DNA from: an uncultured archaeon
Lineage (GTDB): Archaea > Asgardarchaeota > Lokiarchaeia > Sigyniarchaeales > SOKP01
DNA: 16,788 bases
Reading direction: 5' to 3'
NCBI GenBank assembly: GCA_964583985.1
Contig: CAZOYD010000068.1
Location: 1 to 16,788 of the forward strand
Below the pieces are notes generated by a model. The model saw only the letters and a list, made by a program, of their open reading frames with translations, was not told the DNA's origin and made no database searches. How positions within the stretch are numbered: the stretch's first letter is position 1; each line of letters starts with the position of its first letter. Position numbers and translations under genes: made by a program. Positions 7,744-16,220 of the stretch are shown here, piece by piece.

Positions 7744-8549
7744 TAGTCACCCTCCAATAACTTATTTAATAATAATTCATAGTCAGTAATTAGGAATTGT
7801 TCAAGGAATGCATTGTTATGAGCATGAATAAGCGCAATTAAAACTTCTTTTAAGTTCTTGGCTTTGCTTGCATATTTTATAAGATTTTCAGGTGTAGGGT
7901 CTTCATTGAATTCCCTCGGTTGCTGTTCGAAACCGAAATTTGATAAATCTGGTAAAGAATCAAAAAAACCAAAAGCAGAGTATCCTTGATATTGATAAAA
8001 AACAAAAAATCGTGTCTTAATAGATTCAATGACTTTAGATAAATAAGCTGATGGATAAATTTCTCCCAAAATCAATTCTTCATCTTGTTTTATTACGAAA
8101 TATGGAGATATTGGAGATATTTGATTTCCATACATCTCCTTAGGAGGTAAAGAAACAAAAGGTAATTTCTCAGAGACAATTGTCCATAAATCTTCACGTT
8201 TTGTATTAACCAAGATCTCCTTAATTTCATCATACGCAAAATAAAAATCTGCTTGGAGTGCTAGTAATGAACTTAGATAAACCGAAAGAGATGCAAATGT
8301 AGCTTCAAGTAAAGGTCTCCTTCCTTCATCTGTTGATGGTTTTACGGCACCTTTCCAAGCCCTTATTCCAGTATATGCAAAACCTTTAATATCAAAAAAA
8401 CTTCCTGAAAGAAAAATGAAAGATGGTACAACTCCTTGCTCTTTCGTCAATAAATCTCTTGATTTATCAATTAATGCGTCCTCTAAATTTTGATCATTAA
8501 ATTTAGAATGTATTATAGGCATGATTAGCCATTTCTTTTTCTTCGCCAA
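7743..8549 (-). CDS. Hypothetical protein translationally coupled to the GTPase; possible divergent roadblock/MglB-like fold
   Basis: 268-aa ORF (TTG start; ATG alternative at 8522) whose TAA overlaps the GTPase ATG. The fold guess rests on the residue pattern only. Confidence 0.75.
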   Translation of the reverse strand: MAKKKKWLIMPIIHSKFNDQNLEDALIDKSRDLLTKEQGVVPSFIFLSGSFFDIKGFAYTGIRAWKGAVKPSTDEGRRPLLEATFASLSVYLSSLLALQADFYFAYDEIKEILVNTKREDLWTIVSEKLPFVSLPPKEMYGNQISPISPYFVIKQDEELILGEIYPSAYLSKVIESIKTRFFVFYQYQGYSAFGFFDSLPDLSNFGFEQQPREFNEDPTPENLIKYASKAKNLKEVLIALIHAHNNAFLEQFLITDYELLLNKLLEGD

Positions 8550-8690
8550 CTATCGAACACTTCTGCATTTATGATAAATATTATAAAAAAATCTGAATAA
8601 TTAATTTTTCGTATTTTATTTAATTAGTATGTTATCTCAATATAACTTCATAAACTTAGAAGAAATGCGAAACAACAAGCTAGAATTAAT

Positions 8691-9293
8691 TCAAGATGAT
8701 TTATCCAATTGATTAAACAATAATTCTCGCACTTTTTCCGTTATTAAATCATAATCTTTAATCGAAGTAAGATTGTTAATATTAATATATTCTATGAACT
8801 TAGTATCTCTATAAAAATCATAACTAATATTGAGATTTGGGGTTCTTTCTTTTATTTTTATTAATGCTCCCCTTAAAAAAATGTTCATAAAATTCTCATT
8901 AGTTTCCTTAATAGCCCGAATTTCGGGATCAATAAATTTAATGTTAACTTTTTGATAGTCATAAAAATTAAGTACACATATTAGGAGTTCTTCTTCATTT
9001 TTATCTTCTGAAAAAATCTTTCTCTTTACATTTGTTCCCTTGAATTCTTCTTGGGACACATCTTCCTTGAAATAGTCATCGGAATGTTTTTCTTTTTCAG
9101 AATAAAGCTGGTCAGCACTTAAAAAAGATTTAGTAGATATTAATGTATTTAAGCTGGCAAGTATTGAACGTAACTCTTCAATTTCTAGATGGAGCACTTC
9201 TAGTTGCTCCTTTTTTTGGTGGTATAGAGTTTGTAATTTTGAAAGGAGTTCAGTAAGGTTTTTGGTATCTTTTTCATTAGAATGCATTGACAA
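8691..9293 (-). CDS. Hypothetical protein with N-terminal coiled coil and C-terminal alpha/beta domain
   Basis: 200-aa ORF with a heptad-rich N-terminus (LQTLYHQKKEQLEVLHLEIEELRSILASL) followed by KSFLSA and a globular C-terminal half. Start TTG 9293 or ATG 9287. Confidence 0.75.
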   Translation of the reverse strand: MSMHSNEKDTKNLTELLSKLQTLYHQKKEQLEVLHLEIEELRSILASLNTLISTKSFLSADQLYSEKEKHSDDYFKEDVSQEEFKGTNVKRKIFSEDKNEEELLICVLNFYDYQKVNIKFIDPEIRAIKETNENFMNIFLRGALIKIKERTPNLNISYDFYRDTKFIEYININNLTSIKDYDLITEKVRELLFNQLDKSS

Positions 9294-9356
9294 TATTATG
9301 TATTAAAATAACTTAAATTTAATTATTCAGTGGCACTTGATTTAATTAATAAGTAA

Positions 9357-10238
9357 GTGAGGATTCACATGCACTCAATGATTATAACACCAAATCCCTT
9401 AGATCGTGAAGTACAAATCTTATCAAAAGAATTTCAAAATCGGGATTATAATGTAGAGTATTTCATCCCATCAAAAATATCTGTCAAAATTAATATCAAT
9501 AAATTTCAAAGATCCTTTGAGAAGCTTGATCCTCCTGCCGCTTTGGTAAGAGGATTTGGTGCTGCAGCGACTCAAAAAATATTTTTTAGATTAGATATTT
9601 TAAGCGCAATTGAAGCTTTTGGCATTCAGTTGATTAATTCGAGAGAATCTTTAGAAATAGCAAGCGATAAATTCCTAACCTCCATTTTTTTGGAACATAA
9701 TAACATCCCTACTCCTAGAACGATCGTTTGTGAAAGTACAGAAGATGCCATTCAAGCATTTGAAGAATTAGGTAATGATATCATATTAAAACCACTTTAT
9801 GGTTCAAAAGGTATTGGAATTACGCGATTAAATGATAAAGCTTTTGCTGAAAATGTGATTTATACTTTAGGGCAATTGAATATGGTATTTTATCTTCAAG
9901 AATTTATAGAACATCATAATCGTGATATAAGAATTCTTGTTTTAGATAATAAAGCGATTGCAGGAATGTATCGCGTAAGCGATAATTGGAAAACAAATAT
10001 TCATGCTGGAGCGAAGATGGAACCTCTTGAATTAACGAATGAACTAAAAAAACTCGCTATTAAGGCTGCAGAAGTGACCCACACTCAAATTGCGGGTGTT
10101 GATATTATAGAGAGCGAAGCCGGTTATCAAGTTTTAGAGGTAAATTCAATCCCGGGATTTACAGCATTACAAAAAGTGACGGAAATCAATTTACCCGAGG
10201 AAATCGTCTCCTTTTTTCTGAAAACTGCAAAGAATTAA
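9357..10238 (+). CDS. RimK-family ATP-grasp alpha-L-glutamate ligase (MptN/CofF-like cofactor glutamylase possible)
   Basis: LINS...ASDKF, IPTPRT, ILKPLYGSKGIG, YLQEFI, DIRILV, WKTNIHAGA, AGVDII and LEVNSIPGF are RimK/LysX ATP-grasp motifs. Start more likely ATG 9369, with GTGAGG RBS-like sequence at 9357-9362. Confidence 0.9.
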   Translation: MRIHMHSMIITPNPLDREVQILSKEFQNRDYNVEYFIPSKISVKININKFQRSFEKLDPPAALVRGFGAAATQKIFFRLDILSAIEAFGIQLINSRESLEIASDKFLTSIFLEHNNIPTPRTIVCESTEDAIQAFEELGNDIILKPLYGSKGIGITRLNDKAFAENVIYTLGQLNMVFYLQEFIEHHNRDIRILVLDNKAIAGMYRVSDNWKTNIHAGAKMEPLELTNELKKLAIKAAEVTHTQIAGVDIIESEAGYQVLEVNSIPGFTALQKVTEINLPEEIVSFFLKTAKN

Positions 10239-10268
10239 TAAGAAAATAAAAAAATAATTGATATTTGT

Positions 10269-10598
10269 TTAAAATTCTTCAATGAGACCAATTAAAAATG
10301 CGATAACGAGACATACAACTGCCCACACACCTGCATTAAAAATTGCTAGAAGTATTGCTAGAATGAGTAACGTGAGCCAATGGAATGGAAGAATTTCCCT
10401 CATCCCTACCAATATTGTTATCACACAAACTACTAAACCAATAATGAAAATAAGTACAGGCTCAAGACCTATATTTACATGAATATAGCTATAATTCGGG
10501 ATATTTAAAAACCCTAAGATAATCGTGATCAAGCCAATAATACCTCCAAGAACAGTTAAAAACCTCATGATACCGTAATTTTTATAATGCGTTTTCAT
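10269..10598 (-). CDS. Small integral membrane protein (about 4 TM), unknown function
   Basis: 109 aa, almost entirely hydrophobic segments; AGGAG RBS-like sequence just upstream of the ATG. Confidence 0.8.
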   Translation of the reverse strand: MKTHYKNYGIMRFLTVLGGIIGLITIILGFLNIPNYSYIHVNIGLEPVLIFIIGLVVCVITILVGMREILPFHWLTLLILAILLAIFNAGVWAVVCLVIAFLIGLIEEF

Positions 10599-10823
10599 TT
10601 TATTTCTCCTTATTTTGATTGATTTTATATTATTAATTTAGAACTTCAATTAATTATTAAGTTCTTTACTGAATAATGGTTTTTATAGATTTGCTTTTTA
10701 AATTGTCAATTTATTATGCCATTTTCCCTCTTTACCGGGGGTGAATAATGCTTTTATTTTATTTCAAAATGTATTATCACGATATTTCTTCTTATTAAAT
10801 AAAATTACTTTTGTCAGTTGGAT

Positions 10824-10988
10824 GTGATTGAGGATAAAATAAATCGATATCGAAATAATATAGAAATTGCTAAAAGATTAGCAAATCATAAATATGCCGA
10901 AAAGGAATATTATGAGGATATGGTTATCAGTTTAGAAAGAGTTTTGAAATTCTATGAGAAATTAAAGGGATGGAGAGAAACTCCTTAG
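10824..10988 (+). CDS. Small hypothetical helical protein (54 aa)
   Basis: Absent from the ORF track (short). GTG..TAG reads MIEDKINRYRNNIEIAKRLANHKYAEKEYYEDMVISLERVLKFYEKLKGWRETP. It has an amphipathic two-helix pattern and purine-rich codon usage like neighbouring genes, and it converges on the maf stop. Confidence 0.65.
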   Translation: MIEDKINRYRNNIEIAKRLANHKYAEKEYYEDMVISLERVLKFYEKLKGWRETP

Positions 10989-11016
10989 AAAATTCTTTTA
11001 AATGACTTCCATTATA

Positions 11017-11616
11017 TTATCCTAATAAATTCAAATTAAATTCCACTTTTAGAATTTCAAATACTTTATGCATTGGCAATCCTATAACATTCGAAGAAGA
11101 GCCATGAATATATTTTATAAATAAACTCGCTTTATCTCTTATTGAATAACTCCCAGCTCTTCCGTTCCATTCTCCAGAATTAATATAAGAGTGGATTTCT
11201 TCATCAGTTAAATCAGAAAAACATACCTTGGAACTTTCATAATCAACGATCAATTTTTCGTTACCAATTTCGGTTATCGCTAAACCTGTAATAAGATTAT
11301 GGGTTTGGTTTTTAAGAGATTTTATCATGGTAAATGCCTCCTCTTTACTGTTAGCCTTCCCGAGTATCTGACCTTGAAATTCAACAATAGTATCTGCGGA
11401 AATTATGATCGTGTCTTTTTTGCGATCACCTACCTGTTTTTTAGCTTCCATTACTTTAGCTTTTGCTAATTCTTTCACTAAAAGTATGGGGTCTGATATT
11501 TTCTTTTTATATTCATTCTCATTTACACTTATAGATAATGTATTGAAAGAAATTCCTGCTCTTTCAAACATCTCCTTCCTATCAATCGATTTTGATGCTA
11601 AGATAATCTTTTTCAT
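11017..11616 (-). CDS. maf: Maf-family nucleoside triphosphate pyrophosphatase
   Basis: IILASKS..R, LAKAK, IISADTIV...ILGK, HNLITG, AGSY and NVIGLP motifs of the Maf family. Confidence 0.93.
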   Translation of the reverse strand: MKKIILASKSIDRKEMFERAGISFNTLSISVNENEYKKKISDPILLVKELAKAKVMEAKKQVGDRKKDTIIISADTIVEFQGQILGKANSKEEAFTMIKSLKNQTHNLITGLAITEIGNEKLIVDYESSKVCFSDLTDEEIHSYINSGEWNGRAGSYSIRDKASLFIKYIHGSSSNVIGLPMHKVFEILKVEFNLNLLG

Positions 11617-11795
11617 CTATGATATATCTCCCGATTTACAACTAATATATTTAGAATTAAGAAGAATTTTATACTAAATCTTTCTTTTCAATTGAGATCA
11701 TTGAAATTAATGATATCAAATTTCGTAGGATTTAATATTCCTCAAATAATTAATAATGATTATATTAAACGAAATGGTGGAGTGATCTCAATTCG

Positions 11796-12902
11796 ATGGC
11801 AACTTTCTTCGGATGGTTTTTCGTCCTTTTAATATCGTACTTCTTTATACTCTTCCTTTATTTAAATTTTTCAAATAAGAATGTATTGTATGAAAATATC
11901 ATAGGGTTTGGGGCTCTTTTTATGATACTCATTCACATTCTTCTATTCCTAATTCTAATATTCCAAGATAGCACATTACATACATCGATTTTACCCTTAT
12001 GGCTAACAACATTAGGTTTGCCAATTATTATATTTTCAATTATCATCTTATTTTCATCATTAATTTATGTAATCATTAAATTTGGGTTTAAATCCGATGT
12101 TTTTGGAAGATATAAAGCTAATATGACCGAGAGAATGCTTAAAAGGAGTAAAATTAGAAATGATATCTACAGAAAATTAGCTCATGTATTAATCTTTATC
12201 ACCTTATTTCTCTTGTGGTATATAGGGATGATTGTTGTAAAAGATTTCAGTGGCTCTATCCAAGGCATGATTCCTTATGAGAACAATATGCTCGGATTAT
12301 ATCTAAAGCTTTTTACTGAACAAAATACCATTAGCGACGTGTTATTTGCCCTTGGTTGGTTCTATTACTTACTCTTCTTTTTCTTCTACATCTTTACACT
12401 ATTTATGTTTGCAATGGAATACACCCGAAAAACAAAATATTTTACATTCCCTTTCAATTTTATTTGTTCTATTTATCTTTGTGATGATGAAGAAGAAGGA
12501 TATGGCGCTTACATGTACTTTTCTTTGGGGCAAATGTTTGCGTCATTCCTCTGTCCTCCAATGGTTTATTTTGCTATTCTCGGAATGAGTTCCATAGCCG
12601 ATTTAATGACGAGTCAAATCGGTATACGATATGGAAAAAGAAAAATAAAAATTAATGGTAGTAAAACATGGGAAGGAGCACTTGCAGGATGCATCACGTG
12701 CTTCATTATTTGCTTTTTCTTTGTAGGTTTATTTTGGTCATTGATTTTTACTTCAAGTTTTCTTATCATAGATGTAATTACGAAAAACCCCATAAATGTT
12801 TCAGACAATTTATTGATTCCCATATGTTGCGCGCTTATCTTCGTATTAATTCGCTATTTTTTTAATTCAAATTATTTTACACTTTTTTTAGCATGGATTT
12901 AG
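11796..12902 (+). CDS. CTP-dependent polyprenol/diacylglycerol kinase family protein (SEC59/DGK1/VTE5-like), copy 1
   Basis: Polytopic membrane protein with RKLAH, ADLMTSQIGIRYGK, SKTWEG and SDNLLIP motifs; GGAGTGA RBS-like sequence upstream. Confidence 0.85.
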   Translation: MATFFGWFFVLLISYFFILFLYLNFSNKNVLYENIIGFGALFMILIHILLFLILIFQDSTLHTSILPLWLTTLGLPIIIFSIIILFSSLIYVIIKFGFKSDVFGRYKANMTERMLKRSKIRNDIYRKLAHVLIFITLFLLWYIGMIVVKDFSGSIQGMIPYENNMLGLYLKLFTEQNTISDVLFALGWFYYLLFFFFYIFTLFMFAMEYTRKTKYFTFPFNFICSIYLCDDEEEGYGAYMYFSLGQMFASFLCPPMVYFAILGMSSIADLMTSQIGIRYGKRKIKINGSKTWEGALAGCITCFIICFFFVGLFWSLIFTSSFLIIDVITKNPINVSDNLLIPICCALIFVLIRYFFNSNYFTLFLAWI

Positions 12903-13006
12903 AGAGTAGAAATTTAAGAATCAATATTCTAACGAATTTTTCAAAAAATAGGACAATGACGTTAATAAGTAAAAATTTATAAAATATTCGACTTTAATGA
13001 TTAAAA

Positions 13007-14041
13007 ATGTATTACTTACCAACCTCTTTGATTTTTGTTGGATTTTCAGTAGCAACATTTATTAATACACTGATTAATAGAAAGGAAAAAATTAAGAAGA
13101 AGATATTAATTAATGAAATGATATTAGTTATTCTATTATTAAATGTTGGCATATCGTTTCCCTTTCTTTATCAGAGTCATTCACCTGGATTATCTTTAAA
13201 TACACTCAATATTTTATGGGCGTTCACTTCATTTATCTTTGTTTTAGAATTGATCATTTGGATTGGAGAATTTGTTTATAATGCAATAATTTCAAAAAAG
13301 GATCCTGAACTAATGGCAGCACGAGATTATGATAAATATCGTTCGCTAGTAATGCAAACGTGGGTAAATGATCTAAAAGGTGAATTTGGAAGAAAAATCC
13401 TTCACCTCTTTACGGTAGCAGTGATCTTTATTTTTTGGTCAATTGGTACAATTCTTGATACAAGTGGTTTTTTATCTTCTGTTGGGTTGGATAATTATAG
13501 TTTTTCTTATTGGTGGATAATAACAGTAGGATTAGCATTTGTTATAATGTTTACAATTGCTGACCTTGTTAGACTAAATAAAGCGTATATGTTACCAAAC
13601 TGGGCAAGGAATTGGTATTTATCGATGAGACCGGAAGAATTAGACACGTTTATAGCATCTACTCCTTTAGTTTTAGCATTTGTTCCATTCATTTTTGCAC
13701 CTTTCCCAATACTAGGCGCTGTTGGTCTTATTACGACTGTTGCAGATGGTTTAGCATGTATTATTGGAAAAAAATATGGAAAACATTCTTTAGGAAAGAA
13801 ATCTGCAAAAACCATCGAGGGGCTCATCGCTGGTGCTTCTTCCACATTTCTAATCGTAATTGGTGTAATGATTCTCTATCACGCATGGATACCTTTATCC
13901 TTATTTAAAATTTTCCTGATGGCGTTTGTAGCAATGATTCTCTTCACGATCGTTGATATGTTTATAAATCGAATCTCGGATAATATTTTAAATCCTATAT
14001 TAACTGGTTTTGGAATGTGGTTGATATACGTTCTTGGTTAA
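13007..14041 (+). CDS. CTP-dependent polyprenol/diacylglycerol kinase family protein (SEC59/DGK1/VTE5-like), copy 2
   Basis: Polytopic membrane protein with RKILH, ADGLACIIGKKYGK, KTIEG and SDNILNP motifs. Confidence 0.87.
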   Translation: MYYLPTSLIFVGFSVATFINTLINRKEKIKKKILINEMILVILLLNVGISFPFLYQSHSPGLSLNTLNILWAFTSFIFVLELIIWIGEFVYNAIISKKDPELMAARDYDKYRSLVMQTWVNDLKGEFGRKILHLFTVAVIFIFWSIGTILDTSGFLSSVGLDNYSFSYWWIITVGLAFVIMFTIADLVRLNKAYMLPNWARNWYLSMRPEELDTFIASTPLVLAFVPFIFAPFPILGAVGLITTVADGLACIIGKKYGKHSLGKKSAKTIEGLIAGASSTFLIVIGVMILYHAWIPLSLFKIFLMAFVAMILFTIVDMFINRISDNILNPILTGFGMWLIYVLG

Positions 14042-14053
14042 AATTAAAAGAGA

Positions 14054-14347
14054 TTATCCTCCAAAATATAGATAAAGAAACGCAATATCATCTCCATCCT
14101 TTATTGGTGTTTTTAAAAAGTTCTCATCTCGATAGCTCCTTCCATTTATTATAATAGAAAGAAAGGAACTTAATTCCCCCTCTGATTTCTTATCCCATAT
14201 GAGATCCTTAAATTTCGGTCCATATTTCTTATAAAAGAAGAAAAATAATTCTTCCATAGTTAATTCGTTGTCTAATTTGATTATTTCATTTGTGGTATTT
14301 GTTATTTCATTAAAAGGCGGTTCCCATCTTAGTTTTAGTGAAATCAT
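14054..14347 (-). CDS. Ubiquitin-fold MoaD/ThiS/SAMP/Urm1-like protein with C-terminal GG
   Basis: 97 aa; beta-grasp pattern IIINGR...LKTPIKDGDDIAFL ending in diglycine (LYFGG-stop). Confidence 0.88.
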   Translation of the reverse strand: MISLKLRWEPPFNEITNTTNEIIKLDNELTMEELFFFFYKKYGPKFKDLIWDKKSEGELSSFLSIIINGRSYRDENFLKTPIKDGDDIAFLYLYFGG

Positions 14348-14506
14348 TTTTACGTCTCATTCTTTGCAGATTAACATTAAAATGTATATATCATTCCGAA
14401 TTTAAAATTTTAGCGATTATAACATAAAATAATATTAAACTTTTAACAAGAAGTTTATAATATTAGAAATGATACAATAACTTGAAGATTTATTGAGGTA
14501 ATTTGA

Positions 14507-15523
14507 ATGGCTAAAGTTTTACATATTTCAGAACGAAATGTAAGGGATGCTTGGTTATCCGCAATTACTCAAGTGCTATATGAAGGAGATGATATAAAAA
14601 CAGAATATGATAAAATCAATGACCTTCCATCTAAAGATGCAACAGTTATGATCGAAATAGATGACCCATTAAGTAATCCCATCATGAGAAAGGATAAAGT
14701 GCTGAAAATCAAATCCAAGTATGATAATTCATACGAAGTTTATGGATGCATGGCAGACACTTATTTAATTGGATCAATTCAAGGCGGTTACATTGAAGAA
14801 ATTCTTGAGGGGGTTAATGATCATTATATATGGGACTCAGGAACGAGTTTTCCTTATTCATATCATGACCGGATATACAATTATACCCCCTTTTCTCTTG
14901 AAGATTCGATTTATGTAAGTTATGATTTAGGTCTTGTTGATAATCAATTTGTAAAGGATCATAAAAAGTTAAAAAACGCGGGAAAAATCACGACCTCTAA
15001 TGGTTCAGAAAAATGGAAATTAAACAATCTTGTAGAGTATGATCTGAAAAATAAGCTCTCTGATCAAATAGGATTAGACAAAATACCCATTGAAACTATT
15101 GATTTCCCACGAATTGATCAGATTAAATACATAATAACTAAACTGAAGGAAGCTCCTTTTTCTCGCAGAGCCCAAGCAATCACGTGGCGCCCTTTAGTAG
15201 ATCCATTTCATTTTGATCCCCCTTGTCTTCAAAGAATATTTATGAGAATTAAGGAGGAGAAATTATTGATGCAAACTACGTGGAGGAGCAGGGATTTATT
15301 CCGCGCATGGGAGGCAAATGTTAATGGAATGATTAGAATTCAGAAATATGTTGCTAATGAACTTGGTGTTGAGGTCGGACATTACTTAGATTTTAGTAAT
15401 TCTCTTCATATATATGGCAATACAATAGCGGAACTAAAAGATATGCTCAAACGGATGGTAAATAAAGGAGAACAATTTCCTGAAGAAGCTTTAGAGTTAA
15501 TAAATAAATATGAGGACTTCTAA
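14507..15523 (+). CDS. thyA: Thymidylate synthase, archaeal ThyA type, with internal insertion
   Basis: YSYHDRI, DQIKYII..L...SRRAQAITW, catalytic PPCLQ, RSRD...AN and SLHIY motifs; GAGGT RBS-like sequence upstream. Confidence 0.88.
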   Translation: MAKVLHISERNVRDAWLSAITQVLYEGDDIKTEYDKINDLPSKDATVMIEIDDPLSNPIMRKDKVLKIKSKYDNSYEVYGCMADTYLIGSIQGGYIEEILEGVNDHYIWDSGTSFPYSYHDRIYNYTPFSLEDSIYVSYDLGLVDNQFVKDHKKLKNAGKITTSNGSEKWKLNNLVEYDLKNKLSDQIGLDKIPIETIDFPRIDQIKYIITKLKEAPFSRRAQAITWRPLVDPFHFDPPCLQRIFMRIKEEKLLMQTTWRSRDLFRAWEANVNGMIRIQKYVANELGVEVGHYLDFSNSLHIYGNTIAELKDMLKRMVNKGEQFPEEALELINKYEDF

Positions 15524-15681
15524 ATCCTCCAAATAAATCTCTTTAATTTAATATAGAAAAAATATAAGGATCTGAATAGATTTCTATGAAAAATCAGAAA
15601 CTTATAAGAACTAATTCTTTCATATTAATCTTATTAATTCTTCTTTTGGGAGAAGAAGCAAATGATTAATTCTTTAAAAAA

Positions 15682-16149
15682 ATGAAACAGAAAGAAAAAT
15701 ATTTTAAGTGGAAAGAAAATCTAAAAGAGAGTTTAATTAAAAGTATTATTTACAGAATTATAACAATTATACTTGGAATATCAGTTGTTTATATTATTAC
15801 AGGTAGTATAATTGCAGCCCTTTCCCTCGGTATTATTACTGAAATTGTTCAATTCATAAATTATTTTATATATGAATCAGTATGGACTCATTTTCATGAT
15901 AAAAGATTGAAGAGAAAACTTGAAGAAATGAGAGAAGTGGATGTTAAATTTGATTTTGATCTTATAAAGGATTTATCTTATGAATTTTCTCAAACAAGCA
16001 CTTTTGTTAAAGAACATTATGAATCTATTATAAAATTACTTGATAATCTATTAAAAAACGATTATTTAGAAGAAATACATGATGTTATCCTTCGTGATAA
16101 AACTTATTTCGAGATAAAACACAAAGATAGAACTTTTCACAAATTATAA
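15682..16149 (+). CDS. DUF2061-domain membrane protein with soluble C-terminal extension
   Basis: ESLIKSIIYRIIT...YIITG....A...I.E....I.YFIYESVW fits the DUF2061 two-TM pattern. Confidence 0.72.
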   Translation: MKQKEKYFKWKENLKESLIKSIIYRIITIILGISVVYIITGSIIAALSLGIITEIVQFINYFIYESVWTHFHDKRLKRKLEEMREVDVKFDFDLIKDLSYEFSQTSTFVKEHYESIIKLLDNLLKNDYLEEIHDVILRDKTYFEIKHKDRTFHKL

Positions 16150-16220
16150 AATCATCAGGATTGGTGCTTTTAATTAGTCAGATAAGAATTTAATTGAAAA
16201 GTTTATTAATTTTCAAAAAA

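Noticed and set aside
10282-10482. 66-aa plus-strand ORF
   Set aside because: Antisense shadow of the small membrane protein gene.
11405-11677. 90-aa plus-strand ORF
   Set aside because: Antisense overlap with maf; no motifs.
12346-13908. Short alternative-frame or antisense ORFs within the two lipid kinase genes
   Set aside because: Fully nested in well-supported CDSs; no independent signals.
14054-14347. Ubiquitin-like protein as a SUMO-like partner of the SMC5/6-like complex
   Set aside because: About 7 kb away on the opposite strand with unrelated genes between, and no E2/E3 or RING partner is visible; no support from the sequence.
14885-15115. Intein in thyA
   Set aside because: Too short, with no C-terminal HN followed by C/S/T and no recognisable intein blocks.
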